A stretch of DNA of 64,000 nt from Candidatus Latescibacterota bacterium (GCA_965198115.1 OZ240241.1:928001-992000), one strand, 5' to 3'; counted from the first letter of the stretch, positions 28,301 to 38,102 are shown. Made by a program: numbers and translations. Notes: generated by a model from the sequence alone, not told the origin.

Positions 28301-31042
28301 GACGCGGTCGTTCCCCGGGAAAAGATGACCGTGATCTCGGGTGTTTCGGGGTCCGGGAAGTCGTCGCTCGCGCTCGACACGATTTTTGCGGAAGGCCAGA
28401 GACGGTACGTGGAATCGCTGTCGGCCTACGCGCGTCAGTTTCTGGGTCAGATGCCAAAACCCAAAGTCGATCGGGTCGTCGGTCTTTCACCCGCCATCTC
28501 CATCGAGCAGAAGGCGGCCAGCAAGAATCCTCGGTCGACCGTGGGCACCGTGACCGAGGTCTACGACTATCTCCGCGCGCTGTTCGGGCTCCTGGCCGAG
28601 ATGCATTGCCCGAGCCGGGGCTGCGATCACGCCAGGGCGACGGCCCAGTCCTCGTCACAGATCGTCGACCGGCTCGTCAACGGGTCTTCGGGAGATCGGG
28701 CGATTCTGCTCGCACCGATCAGACCCGACCGGGGTGAGGATTACGAAACCGTGATCGCTCGAGCCAAACGGTCGGGTTATCTCCGTGGCCGGCTGGATGG
28801 CGATCTCTTCGAGCTGGATGATCCCCCCGAGATCGACTACCGACAGACGCACCGACTGGAGGTCGTCGTGGATCGGGTGACGCTCAAAGCGTCGACGCGA
28901 AAGCGAGTCGGCGAATCGGTCGAGAAGGCGCTCGATCTTTCGGGTGGGGTGGTAGTCGCGGCCTATCCGGAGACGGAGACCGAGATGCGTTACAGCCAGC
29001 ACCTGTCCTGTCCCTGCTGCGCACGCAGTTTCGATGCTCCGACGCCGCAGTCGTTTTCGTTCAACAGTCCCGAGGGGTGGTGTCCGGCGTGCGAGGGTCT
29101 CGGGACGCAGCGTGGGATGGGTCAGCATACGCTGATTCCAGACCCGACGAAGTCCGTGTTGGACGGGGCCGTGGCTCCGTGGGGGCAACCGGATGGCGCG
29201 CTGCGGGAGATGCTGGAGGCTGTGGCCGACTCGGTCGGCTTCGACCTGGCCACGCCGTTCAGTGATTTGGGCGAGGACGCGCGTGAAGCGCTCCTCTATG
29301 GCACGGGCGACGTCTCGGTCCCAGGGCCGTCCGGCCTGACCATCCGGTTCAACGGGCTTTTTCCGACGGTGGAGTCGCTGGTCCGTTTGTCGACCCGATT
29401 CCGACGTGCGATGGGTGAGTTCGTTAAAGATGTGCCCTGTCCCACGTGTCGAGGCACGCGTCTCCGTTCGGTGAGCGCGACAGCCCGATTGTTTGGGCGA
29501 ACGCTGCAGGACCTGACCGAGACACCGATCGCCGAGCTCAGGACCTGGTTCGAGGATCTGCAACTGACGACACGCGACAGCGAGTCTGCGGGCGAAGTCA
29601 CGAAGGAGATCCAGAGTCGTTTGCGGTTCTTGGACGACGTCGGCCTGGGCTATTTGAGCCTGGCGCGTCGGGCCCCGACGCTGTCCGGGGGAGAGGCGCA
29701 GCGCATCCGTCTGGCCAGCCAGATCGGGTCCGGGTTGACCGGCGTGCTCTATGTGCTCGATGAGCCGACGATCGGGCTGCATCAGCGTGACAACCGCCGG
29801 TTGCTCGACGCGCTACAGCGTCTGCGGGATCTCGGGAACACGCTGATTGTCGTCGAACACGACCGGGACACGCTCGAGAGGGCCGACCACGTCCTGGACT
29901 TCGGCCCGGGTGCCGGAAGCGAGGGGGGCGAGCTCGTTGCGAGCGGGCGACCCGGGCGTCTTCCCGTCCGTGGAGGATCGCTCACGGCTCGCTACCTGAG
30001 GGGCGATCTGTCGATCGACGTTCCGGAGAGGCGATCGGGAAACGGCAAGGCGATCGATGTGGTCGGCGCCCGGCACAACAACCTGAGGGGCATCGACGTT
30101 CAATTTCCGCTGGGCACGTTCATCTGTGTCACGGGGGTGTCGGGCTCGGGCAAGAGCTCTCTCGTGAACGACGTGCTCTACGGGGCGCTCGCGACGCGTG
30201 TGAACCGGGTCCATCGAGCCTGGGGGGATCACGACGACGTGCTGGGTACGGATCACGTCGACAAGGTGATTCGCATCGACCAGACGCCGATTGGATTCAG
30301 CCCGCGCAGCAATCCCTGCACGTATGTTAAAGTTTTCGATCGCATCCGAAAGTTCTTCGCCGAATTGCCCGAGGCCCAGGTTCGTGGGTTCAAACCCGGG
30401 CACTTCAGTTTCAACAACCGACGGGGACGGTGCGACGGCTGCGACGGTCTGGGGATCCGGTGCGTGGAGATGCACTTCCTGCCGGACGTCTGGGTGACGT
30501 GCGACACGTGCGACGGCAAACGCTTCAATCGAGATGTCCTTGACGTGGCCTACCGAGGCCACTCGATCGCCGATGTTCTCGACACGACGATCGCCGAAGC
30601 GGCGGACCTGTTCGCGAATCATCCGGGCATGGTCCGCTCGCTGTCGACGCTCGTGGACGTGGGACTAGGTTACATGAAAATGGGTCAGGCGTCGACGACC
30701 TTGTCCGGCGGAGAGGCGCAGCGCGTCAAGCTGGCGCGAGAGCTGGCGCGTCCGAGCACCGGGCGTACCGTCTACCTGTTGGACGAGCCGACGACGGGGC
30801 TCCACTTCGCGGATATCCAAAAGCTGCTGGAGGTCTTGAATCGACTCGTCGACGCCGGGAACACGGTGATCGTGATCGAACACAACCTGGACGTCATCAA
30901 GACAGCGGATTGGGTCGTGGACCTGGGGCCAGAGGGAGGGGACGACGGCGGATGCCTCATCGCCGCAGGAACGCCCGAGGACCTGGCCGACGTCGAGACC
31001 TCCCACACCGGCCGGTTCCTGAGGGAGGTCCTAGTCGCGTGA
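25385..31042 (+). CDS. uvrA: Excinuclease ABC subunit A, double-length (two fused UvrA units)
   Basis: Four GVSGSGKSS Walker A motifs, two AEGQRRYVESLSAYARQFLGQ blocks, four LSGGEAQR signatures, CxxC zinc fingers. Confidence 0.97.
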   Translation: MEIRDIVVKGARVHNLVGVDVTLPDRELICFTGVSGSGKSSLAFDTIYAEGQRRYVESLSAYARQFLGQLEKPDVDQITGLSPTISIEQKSAGRNPRSTVGTITEVYDYLRVLYARVGSPHCASCGEPIGSQTRDGIVDRILDSYDGERVLVLAPLVEGRKGEYQDLFEDLQRQGYIRARVDGKVVLLTEVPALERHIRHDVDVVVDRLSIKPDVRARLGEAVDGATRLSGGTLVIQAHGRGDLLLSVSYSCPSCGQSASPPTPQLFSFNSPQGMCPTCRGLGTHVRMDESLVVPDARLSVVEGAIGPLGIPRNRWKMHYYEGVLGRHGADPTTPWAKIPPRARRELLYGVKGSIELAWKRRNGSIYRHRGRFEGILPPLERRYAESASPAVRKKLESFMLEGPCADCEGSRLRAEARSVLVGGRSLPEVTEMAIDEARAYFDALVLGEKEAAIAEDALKEIGARLTFLLDVGLDYLSLSRTAPTLSGGEAQRIRLASQIGSGLVGVTYVLDEPSIGLHHRDNGRLLDALCHLRDAGNRVVIVEHDEDTMRRADRVFDFGPGPGHLGGEVVAEGGWRKIAKTPTSVTGAYLSGRRRIEVPETRRTSEQSVTILGANQNNLKNVTVGIPTGVFTCVTGVSGSGKSSLINDVLYRALARDLNGAESRPGEHRRIDGVDRLDKVIEIDQQPIGRTPRSNPATYTGAFSPIRALFSELPESRVRGYKPGRFSFNVKGGRCEACQGNGANLVEMDFLADVWVSCPVCEGRRFRRETLDVRFKDHSIADVLEMEVEEACALFRDIPPIHRVLSVLVDVGMGYVKLGQPAPTLSGGEAQRIKLAKELCRASTGKTLYILDEPTTGLHFADVQNLLNVLNRLVDLGNTVVVIEHNTDVIKMADWVIDLGPEGGEEGGSVVAVGPPEVVVQTEGSHTGAALKRALTPGAVSPNGRTGRRKKAKGLSDIEVFGARENNLREVDAVVPREKMTVISGVSGSGKSSLALDTIFAEGQRRYVESLSAYARQFLGQMPKPKVDRVVGLSPAISIEQKAASKNPRSTVGTVTEVYDYLRALFGLLAEMHCPSRGCDHARATAQSSSQIVDRLVNGSSGDRAILLAPIRPDRGEDYETVIARAKRSGYLRGRLDGDLFELDDPPEIDYRQTHRLEVVVDRVTLKASTRKRVGESVEKALDLSGGVVVAAYPETETEMRYSQHLSCPCCARSFDAPTPQSFSFNSPEGWCPACEGLGTQRGMGQHTLIPDPTKSVLDGAVAPWGQPDGALREMLEAVADSVGFDLATPFSDLGEDAREALLYGTGDVSVPGPSGLTIRFNGLFPTVESLVRLSTRFRRAMGEFVKDVPCPTCRGTRLRSVSATARLFGRTLQDLTETPIAELRTWFEDLQLTTRDSESAGEVTKEIQSRLRFLDDVGLGYLSLARRAPTLSGGEAQRIRLASQIGSGLTGVLYVLDEPTIGLHQRDNRRLLDALQRLRDLGNTLIVVEHDRDTLERADHVLDFGPGAGSEGGELVASGRPGRLPVRGGSLTARYLRGDLSIDVPERRSGNGKAIDVVGARHNNLRGIDVQFPLGTFICVTGVSGSGKSSLVNDVLYGALATRVNRVHRAWGDHDDVLGTDHVDKVIRIDQTPIGFSPRSNPCTYVKVFDRIRKFFAELPEAQVRGFKPGHFSFNNRRGRCDGCDGLGIRCVEMHFLPDVWVTCDTCDGKRFNRDVLDVAYRGHSIADVLDTTIAEAADLFANHPGMVRSLSTLVDVGLGYMKMGQASTTLSGGEAQRVKLARELARPSTGRTVYLLDEPTTGLHFADIQKLLEVLNRLVDAGNTVIVIEHNLDVIKTADWVVDLGPEGGDDGGCLIAAGTPEDLADVETSHTGRFLREVLVA

Positions 31043-31049
31043 ACCCGGC

Positions 31050-32111
31050 GTGAACTACATCGGTCGCAAATATTCGCTGATCGACTTCCTCGACGAGGGG
31101 ATTTCTTCGTTTATCGATCCAGCGTGCGAGGTGTTCTTCGATGTGTTCGCGGGGACTGGCGTGGTCGGTTGGCACTTTAAGCGAAAGGGTTTCCGAGTCG
31201 TTGCGAACGACCTTCAGTACTATGCCTACTGTCTGAATCGGGCGGGCGTGGGTATCAGCCGTCGTCCCGGATTTACGCGCGTTCGAAACGCGGTCGGTCT
31301 GAAGGGGATGGACGGTACTCGTCGGACACTGGATTACCTGAACGCGCTAAAGCCCCGGAAGGGGTTCATCTTCGACCAGTATTGTCCCGGCGGCAGTGCC
31401 CGGCCTCCTCGCAAGTATTTTACGGACGAGAATGGCGCCCGCTGTGATGCGATTCGGCGAAAGATCGAAACCTGGCGCACCTCGGGGCTGTTGCGTGACG
31501 GCGAATACTACTACCTGATCGCCAGCCTGATCGAGGCGGCCGATCGAGTCGCCAATACCGCGTCGGTTTACGCCGCCTACCTCAAACGCATCAAGCCGAG
31601 CGCACGTCGCCCGCTCCGAATGGATCCCGTCGACATCGTGCCGAGTTCGGCGCGGCACCGTGTTCATTTTCGAGACGGGCTCAGGGTCGTCGGCCGCGTT
31701 CCCTGCGACATCCTCTACATGGATCCTCCCTACAACCAGCGTCAGTATTGCACGAACTACCACGTGCTCGAAACGATCGCCGTCTACGATGATCCCGACC
31801 TCAGAGGCGTTACGGGTTTGCGACCGCACGACGGACAGCGATCAGCCTGGTGCTCACGGTCTGGGGCGCCGGAGACGCTGGCCGCGATGATTTCCAGAAC
31901 CCGAGCCCGGTACTGCTTCCTTAGCTACAACAGCGAAGGTTTGATGTCCCGGAAGCAAATCCTCGATACGATGGGCGCCTTCGGTTCCGTCGACGTTCTC
32001 TCGCGTGTCGTGCCCCGATTCAGGGCCGACGTGGACCGAGCCGGTCGTGTCTACAAGACCGACCGGGTGGTCGAATATCTGTTTCGGCTCAAGGTGGGTG
32101 CGGGCCTGTGA
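31050..32111 (+). CDS. N6-adenine DNA methyltransferase, D12/alpha class (NlaIII/FokI-like); orphan in this window
   Basis: MNYIGRK, DVFAGTGVVG (motif I), NDLQYY, YMDPPYN (motif IV), LSYNSEG. Confidence 0.9.
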   Translation: MNYIGRKYSLIDFLDEGISSFIDPACEVFFDVFAGTGVVGWHFKRKGFRVVANDLQYYAYCLNRAGVGISRRPGFTRVRNAVGLKGMDGTRRTLDYLNALKPRKGFIFDQYCPGGSARPPRKYFTDENGARCDAIRRKIETWRTSGLLRDGEYYYLIASLIEAADRVANTASVYAAYLKRIKPSARRPLRMDPVDIVPSSARHRVHFRDGLRVVGRVPCDILYMDPPYNQRQYCTNYHVLETIAVYDDPDLRGVTGLRPHDGQRSAWCSRSGAPETLAAMISRTRARYCFLSYNSEGLMSRKQILDTMGAFGSVDVLSRVVPRFRADVDRAGRVYKTDRVVEYLFRLKVGAGL

Positions 32112-32755
32112 ACTTGAACATTCCGATCCGATCCTTCTTCGAATTTTCGTTTCCCTGCAGGAAGCTCGAAGACACGACCTTCATGAAGGGACACCTCACG
32201 GGTTGGCCGCGGGAGAACCAGCTTCCGGATCTCGCCGGTCTCGAGGGTGTCGATTCCTACGCCGACGTCTGTCTTGGGTGGCGAGAGGATGGTCTCTACC
32301 TGGGTGTCGATGTGCACGGGGAGGCCGGGCTTCGGGTCGAGCCCAACCGCCCGCTCAAGGGAGACGGCATTCAGGTTTGGATCGACACGCGCGACGTCCG
32401 CGACGTCCACCGCGCCAGCCGGTTCTGTCATCACTTCTACTTCCTTCCCACGGGGGGGCGACGCAAGGGTCCCATCGCCGGGCAGATGCGCATTCGCAGA
32501 GCCCGTGCCCAGGGTAAGCCCTGCGACCCACAGGCGATCCCTGTGGTGTCACGGGTTCGTCGAACGGGGTATCGTCTTTCCGCCCACCTTCCGTCAGACA
32601 TTCTGAACGGTTTCGATCCGGACGACAACACGCGGATCGGGTTCACGTATCGGATCAGCGACAGTCGGCTCGGACTGCAATCGTGGACGGCCGAGGACCC
32701 GCTCCCGGTGGCCTACGACCCGAGCCTCTGGGGGACGGTCGATCTCGTCGATTGA
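32108..32755 (+). CDS. CBM9/DOMON-like beta-sandwich protein without signal peptide
   Basis: ADVCLGWREDGLYLGVDV, DGIQVWIDTRD, IGFTY, DPSLWGTVDL. Confidence 0.65.
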   Translation: MNLNIPIRSFFEFSFPCRKLEDTTFMKGHLTGWPRENQLPDLAGLEGVDSYADVCLGWREDGLYLGVDVHGEAGLRVEPNRPLKGDGIQVWIDTRDVRDVHRASRFCHHFYFLPTGGRRKGPIAGQMRIRRARAQGKPCDPQAIPVVSRVRRTGYRLSAHLPSDILNGFDPDDNTRIGFTYRISDSRLGLQSWTAEDPLPVAYDPSLWGTVDLVD

Positions 32756-32967
32756 CCGCGATGAACGGTTGACTTAGCCCGTTTTGGGGCTTATCCATTC
32801 CGCATCTGGTGTTCCGTAGAATCCCCACGGGGCACGACATTCTCTCCTGACGACACTCCAGCCAAGGGCGCCCGACCCACACTCCAGCAGCCTGAAACAT
32901 CGCGGACCCGAGCACGGTCGTAAGAGGAAGTCCACCCTTACAGGGCCGAAGTGCGTCCGAACAATTA

Positions 32968-35262
32968 ATGAACCTAATCGAACAGACCACACCCGAGCTC
33001 GAAGCCCACCTGGCGGAGCAATTGCGCCCGGGTGAAGAGGAACTGATCCGGGTGGGCTCGGATCTCGAAGCGAACCAGGCCTTCGGGGTCCAGTGGCTTA
33101 TGGTGACGCCCGAGCGGATCCTGGTCCTGCGGGGTCACACGAATGGGCAAGGGGCCCTGACGGAGGTGTCGGCGCAGGGCCAGAAGCAAGTGGTAAGCTG
33201 GGAGCGGGACGAGACGGTCGAAGTACCGATCTCCGATGTGGTCATCGCTCGTACAGAACCCCGCGTTGGAGGCGCCTGTCTCGAGATCGAGCGTCGCGGG
33301 GGTCCGACGGTCGAGATTCCGTATTCACGGACACAGGATCAGAAGTTCTCGGAGGTCACCCGGGGTATCGAGCAGCTGCGCAAGGGTGAGGATCTCTTTC
33401 TCAAAGAAACACTCGACAAGACGCACTGCCCTTCCTGCGGCCTCCCTCTTCCGGAAAAGAATGGCATCTGTCCGGCGTGTATCAGCCGTCTTGCGACCGT
33501 GGGCCGTATTGCCCGCTACCTCGTTCCCTACAAACGTGAGGCGGTGTTGTTGGCGGTCGCCTCGGTAGCCACGACGGTGGCGGAGCTGATTCCGCCGATG
33601 ATCACGAAACACATCGTCGACCGCGTGCTGATGCCGGTCGCGGGCGTGGAGACGAACCTGGATACCCGCCTTTCGCTCCTGGCGTGGCTCGTGTCGGCGA
33701 TGGTCGGTGTGCGATTGGTAACCTGGGGCGCCGAATGGCTTCACGGGTGGACGATCACGTGGCTGAGTGCGCGTGTCACGGCCAACATCCGCAGCCAGCT
33801 CTACCGGCGTCTCGAGCTCCTTTCTCTGCAGTTCTACGACAAGCGGCAGGTCGGGCAGGTCATGTCCCGCGTCACCCGCGACAGCGGGGGTCTGCAGGAC
33901 TTTCTGGTCGACGGGGTACCCTACCTGGTCATCAACGGGCTGATGTTGATCGGAATCCTCATAGCCCTGTTGCTTATGAGTTGGCGTCTCACACTCTACG
34001 TGCTGATCCCGGTGCCGCTGATCATCATCTGGGGGGGAATTTACCTGAAGCGGATGCGTGTCCACTTCAAGAGATGGTTCCAGACGTGGTCGAACATGAT
34101 GGCTCGTGTGAACGAAGCCCTGACGGGCATCCGGGTCGTGAAAGCGTTCGCTCAGGAAGATCGGGAACTGGCACTATTCAGCGCCCGCAACGACGAGCAC
34201 ACGAGGGCCGGCATCCGCGCGGAGATCAACCGGGGTGTTTTCTTCGCCACGATGAGTCTACTCACGGGTCTGGGTGTGATGATCGTCTGGCTGTTCGGTG
34301 GGAAAGAGGTGCTCGAAGGAGAACTGACCATCGGCACCCTGCTCGCTTTCTACAGCTATATGTGGATGCTCTACGGGCCGCTGGAGTGGTTCGGAATGGT
34401 CAACAGCTGGATGACTCGCGCCTTCGCTGGGGCCGAGCGGATCTTTGAAATCATCGATACGCCGCCCGAGGCTTATGAGGATCCGGATGCAATTTCGCGC
34501 TCTTCGTTCGACGGACGAGTGACGTTCAAGAACGTCACTTTCGGCTACGACAAGAGCAAACCGGTTCTGCACGAGATCAATCTCGACATCGCGCCTGGTG
34601 AGATGATCGGGCTGGTTGGGAAGTCGGGTGTGGGGAAGACCACGACGGCCAACCTCGTTTGTCGTTTTTACGATGTCGATAGGGGGAGCCTAGAAATCGA
34701 CGGCGTGGACATTAGGAAACTTCGCCTGGAGCAGGTCCGCAGCCAGATCGGGATCGTGCTGCAGGAGCCGTTTCTGTTCAGCGGGTCGATCGCCGAGAAC
34801 ATCGGTTACGGTAAACCGGGCGCTTCGTTCGAGGAAGTGCTCGAAGCTTCGATCGCCGCGAACGCGCACGAATTCGTCGCGGCCAAACCAGATGGCTACG
34901 ACACCCAGATCGGGGAACGTGGATCGGGGCTCTCGGGTGGGGAGAAACAGCGGATTTCTCTCGCCAGGGCGATCCTGCACGATCCCCGAATCCTGATTTT
35001 GGATGAGGCGACATCGTCGGTCGACGTTCAGACGGAGAAGAAGATTCAGGATGCGATCTCAAACCTGACGACGAATCGCACGACGATCGCCATCGCCCAT
35101 CGTCTGTCGACGCTTCGGGGCGCGGACCGACTGGTTGTCTTGGATGCGGGTCGAGTGGTCGAGGTCGGTACTCACGAGGAACTGCTCGAAAAGAGCGGGA
35201 CCTTCGCGAAGCTGGTGGAGCTGCAGAAGGAGACCTCCGCCATCATCGCGATCAAGGAATAG
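32968..35262 (+). CDS. ABC exporter (fused TMD-NBD) with N-terminal extension and CxxC..CxxC zinc ribbon
   Basis: CPSCGLPLPEKNGICPAC; ABC membrane domain; GKSGVGKT, LSGGEKQR, ILDEATS. Confidence 0.92.
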   Translation: MNLIEQTTPELEAHLAEQLRPGEEELIRVGSDLEANQAFGVQWLMVTPERILVLRGHTNGQGALTEVSAQGQKQVVSWERDETVEVPISDVVIARTEPRVGGACLEIERRGGPTVEIPYSRTQDQKFSEVTRGIEQLRKGEDLFLKETLDKTHCPSCGLPLPEKNGICPACISRLATVGRIARYLVPYKREAVLLAVASVATTVAELIPPMITKHIVDRVLMPVAGVETNLDTRLSLLAWLVSAMVGVRLVTWGAEWLHGWTITWLSARVTANIRSQLYRRLELLSLQFYDKRQVGQVMSRVTRDSGGLQDFLVDGVPYLVINGLMLIGILIALLLMSWRLTLYVLIPVPLIIIWGGIYLKRMRVHFKRWFQTWSNMMARVNEALTGIRVVKAFAQEDRELALFSARNDEHTRAGIRAEINRGVFFATMSLLTGLGVMIVWLFGGKEVLEGELTIGTLLAFYSYMWMLYGPLEWFGMVNSWMTRAFAGAERIFEIIDTPPEAYEDPDAISRSSFDGRVTFKNVTFGYDKSKPVLHEINLDIAPGEMIGLVGKSGVGKTTTANLVCRFYDVDRGSLEIDGVDIRKLRLEQVRSQIGIVLQEPFLFSGSIAENIGYGKPGASFEEVLEASIAANAHEFVAAKPDGYDTQIGERGSGLSGGEKQRISLARAILHDPRILILDEATSSVDVQTEKKIQDAISNLTTNRTTIAIAHRLSTLRGADRLVVLDAGRVVEVGTHEELLEKSGTFAKLVELQKETSAIIAIKE

Positions 35263-35264
35263 GG

Positions 35265-37484
35265 ATGGAAGACGGATTTATCGAAAGCCCCCCGGAGGAA
35301 GTCCTCCGAAAGCTCGGTCTCGAGAAACCGGAGCGCGAGGAAGTGGTCGTCCAGATGCGGACCGATCTGGCTGGAGACCAGCGATTCGGCGAACAGTGGC
35401 TGATCGTCACGCCCGAGCGGGTGCTGCTGATCCCACGACTTGGCCGGAATGGAACGATGGGCGCCCGGCTTTCGGAGATGGCCTACGTGCGCATCGAGGA
35501 GCTGGTCGGCGGCGGGCGCATCGAAATCGAGCGACGGGACGGGACACCCCTGTTCGTGCCCTTCAGTCAGTCGCTGCGTCCAAAGTTTGCCGAAGTTGCC
35601 GAGGGTCTGAAACGGATCGCCGATGGCGAGGCAACCGAGGTCGAGCTTCCGACCGAACTTGATCGGACCCGGTGCGAGACCTGCGGCAGACTTTTGCCTG
35701 AGAAGAATGGGATCTGTGCGGTCTGCATCAATCGGTGGGACACCTTCCGACGCATCGTCAGCTACATGCTGGCCTATCCGAAGCCTCTCGCGACCATGAT
35801 CGTTCTGATCATCGTGGGCGCGCTACTGAGTCTTGCGCCCCCCAAAATTACGCAACACATCATCGACGATGTGTTGACCCCGCGGTCGGGGATGGAGCCC
35901 CTGTATGCGTTCGTGGGGCTCCTGTTCGGCGTACGCGTTTCGATCTGGGTGACCGACATCGGACGACGGTATGTGGCGCGGAAGCTGGGACTGCAGGCGA
36001 TAGCCGACTTACGGCTGGATCTCTACCGACAGTTTCAGTATCTGCCCGTTCAGTTCTACGACCGGCGTCGCATCGGATCGCTCATCGCACGGATGAGCAA
36101 CGACAGCGATCGCCTCGAGGGCTTCATTCTTTACGAGCTTTCTTTTGTCCTCTCCAACGGGTTCCTGTTCTTCGGCATTCTCGGTCTTCTTTTCTGGACG
36201 AACTGGGAACTGACGTTGTTTGTGCTTCTGCCGATCCCCCCGATCGTCTACGCGGGCAACAAGATCTGGGAACGGCTGATGCGGAACTGGAATCGCTGGG
36301 GTGCCAAATGGTCCCGGCTCTACGCGCAGCTGAACGAGTCGATCACCGGAATCCGCGTCGTTAAGGCTTTTACACAGGAAGACCGGGAGGGAGCCCGCTT
36401 CGACGGTCATAACGAGGAGGTGCGCGAGGTTACAGTCGTGGGCGAGCGCACCTGGTTCGTCTTTTTCACCGTCACCAACTTCCTGATGAGCTGCGGTGCG
36501 TTCTTCGTTTGGTATTTCGGGGGACGGAAGATCCTGAACGACGAAATGACGCTCGGGGCCCTCACGGCCTTCGTTTCTTACCTGTGGATGATGTATCAAC
36601 CCCTGCGGTGGTTCGGCGATTTCTACAACTTTATGATGCGGGCCTTCGCCGGCGCGCGGCGGATCTTCGAAGTGATCGACTCGACGCCGGAGCCTTACGA
36701 TGCACCGGACGCACGGCCGTTGCCCTCGATCGAAGGGAGAATCACGTTCGACGGATCCTACTTCGGCTACGACCCGGGCAAACCGGTGCTCAAAGGGATC
36801 GAGCTGGAAGTCAGTCCCGGCGAGATGATCGGCCTGGTGGGGAAGTCGGGCGCCGGAAAGTCGACGCTGATCAACCTCATCTGTCGCTTTTACGATCCGG
36901 ATCGTGGCGCGGTCCTGGTCGACGGGCAGGACATGCGCGAAGTCCGGCTGGGGGATCTCCGATCGAAGATCGGTATGGTTCATCAGGAATCGTTTCTCTT
37001 CGACGGGACGCTGGCGGAAAACATCGCATACGGAAAACCCGATGCCACGTTCGATGACATCGTGCGGGCGGCGATGGCGGCGGAAGCACACGAATTCATC
37101 GTGGTGAAGCCCGATGGCTACAACATGCGTGTGGGTGAGCGAGGCGGAAAGCTTTCGGGCGGAGAAAAACAACGCATTTCGATCGCGAGAGCGATTCTCC
37201 ACGACCCGAAAATTCTTATACTTGATGAAGCCACGTCGTCGCTCGACACACAGACGGAGCGCAAGATCCAGGTCGCCATCTCACGACTGGTCCAAGGACG
37301 AACGACATTCGCGATCGCCCACCGGCTGTCGACCCTCAGGAGTGCCAACCGTTTGGTCGTGATCGACGAAGGGCGGGTCGCGGAAGTCGGCACACACCAG
37401 GAATTGATGGACCGCGAGGGTCTGTTTTATCGCCTCGTCAAAACCCAACAGGAAACGTCTGCGCTCATGGAGGTGGCGGGTTGA
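35265..37484 (+). CDS. ABC exporter paralog with N-terminal extension and zinc ribbon
   Basis: CETCGRLLPEKNGICAVC; GKSGAGKS, LSGGEKQR, ILDEATS. Confidence 0.92.
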   Translation: MEDGFIESPPEEVLRKLGLEKPEREEVVVQMRTDLAGDQRFGEQWLIVTPERVLLIPRLGRNGTMGARLSEMAYVRIEELVGGGRIEIERRDGTPLFVPFSQSLRPKFAEVAEGLKRIADGEATEVELPTELDRTRCETCGRLLPEKNGICAVCINRWDTFRRIVSYMLAYPKPLATMIVLIIVGALLSLAPPKITQHIIDDVLTPRSGMEPLYAFVGLLFGVRVSIWVTDIGRRYVARKLGLQAIADLRLDLYRQFQYLPVQFYDRRRIGSLIARMSNDSDRLEGFILYELSFVLSNGFLFFGILGLLFWTNWELTLFVLLPIPPIVYAGNKIWERLMRNWNRWGAKWSRLYAQLNESITGIRVVKAFTQEDREGARFDGHNEEVREVTVVGERTWFVFFTVTNFLMSCGAFFVWYFGGRKILNDEMTLGALTAFVSYLWMMYQPLRWFGDFYNFMMRAFAGARRIFEVIDSTPEPYDAPDARPLPSIEGRITFDGSYFGYDPGKPVLKGIELEVSPGEMIGLVGKSGAGKSTLINLICRFYDPDRGAVLVDGQDMREVRLGDLRSKIGMVHQESFLFDGTLAENIAYGKPDATFDDIVRAAMAAEAHEFIVVKPDGYNMRVGERGGKLSGGEKQRISIARAILHDPKILILDEATSSLDTQTERKIQVAISRLVQGRTTFAIAHRLSTLRSANRLVVIDEGRVAEVGTHQELMDREGLFYRLVKTQQETSALMEVAG

Positions 37485-37526
37485 TCCCGTACGCCTGCGC
37501 TTGATCAAACCAAGAGGAGCACCACG

Positions 37527-38102
37527 TTGACGCTGGAGGAAGAAGCGGTAGAGGCACCGACGGCGTCGGCCACGCCCGTTGACATTGCGTGGAAGCCGAC
37601 GCCGATCGAGGTGATGCATCCGGAACGTGTGGATCCCGCGTCGATTCGGTTGTTCAGAGATCCCCCCTGGAAACTCCGGATGACGATCGGAGGGGACCGG
37701 TCCTACATCCGGGTCAAGGTGACGCGGGCGGCTCCGCTGACGGAGCCGGATCGGTATTTCTGCTTTCTGGACGTGAAAGACGAAGCGATTTGTATGGTGA
37801 AGGATCTGGATGAGCTCACGGAGGAGAATCACGCACTGGTCCTGGAGGAATTGGACAAGCGCTACATCACATCCTACATCCAGAGTGTCAACCACATCCG
37901 GAACGAATACGGCGTCTCTTACTGGGACGTTGAAACGGATCGGGGGCCTCGCGAGTTCGTCGCCAGAAACGTCGCCGAGAATGCCCAGTGGCTTGGTGAA
38001 GGCCGTCTGTTCATTCTCGACGTGGATAGCAACCGGTTCGAAATCGTGAATATCGCGGCGCTCGATCGCAAGAGCCGTAGTTTCATCGATCTCGTCCTCT
38101 GA
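37527..38102 (+). CDS. DUF1854 domain protein
   Basis: RAAPLTEPDRY, EELDKRY, YWDVETDRGPREF, ILDVDSNRFEI, LDRKSR. Confidence 0.85.
   Translation: MTLEEEAVEAPTASATPVDIAWKPTPIEVMHPERVDPASIRLFRDPPWKLRMTIGGDRSYIRVKVTRAAPLTEPDRYFCFLDVKDEAICMVKDLDELTEENHALVLEELDKRYITSYIQSVNHIRNEYGVSYWDVETDRGPREFVARNVAENAQWLGEGRLFILDVDSNRFEIVNIAALDRKSRSFIDLVL

Noticed and set aside
31050-32755. Type II restriction-modification pair
   Set aside because: The downstream gene looks CBM9-like with no PD-(D/E)xK or HNH motif
32769-32967. 6S RNA or SRP RNA
   Set aside because: SRP helix-8 motif is absent and no end-to-end 6S-type rod with central bubble could be folded by eye
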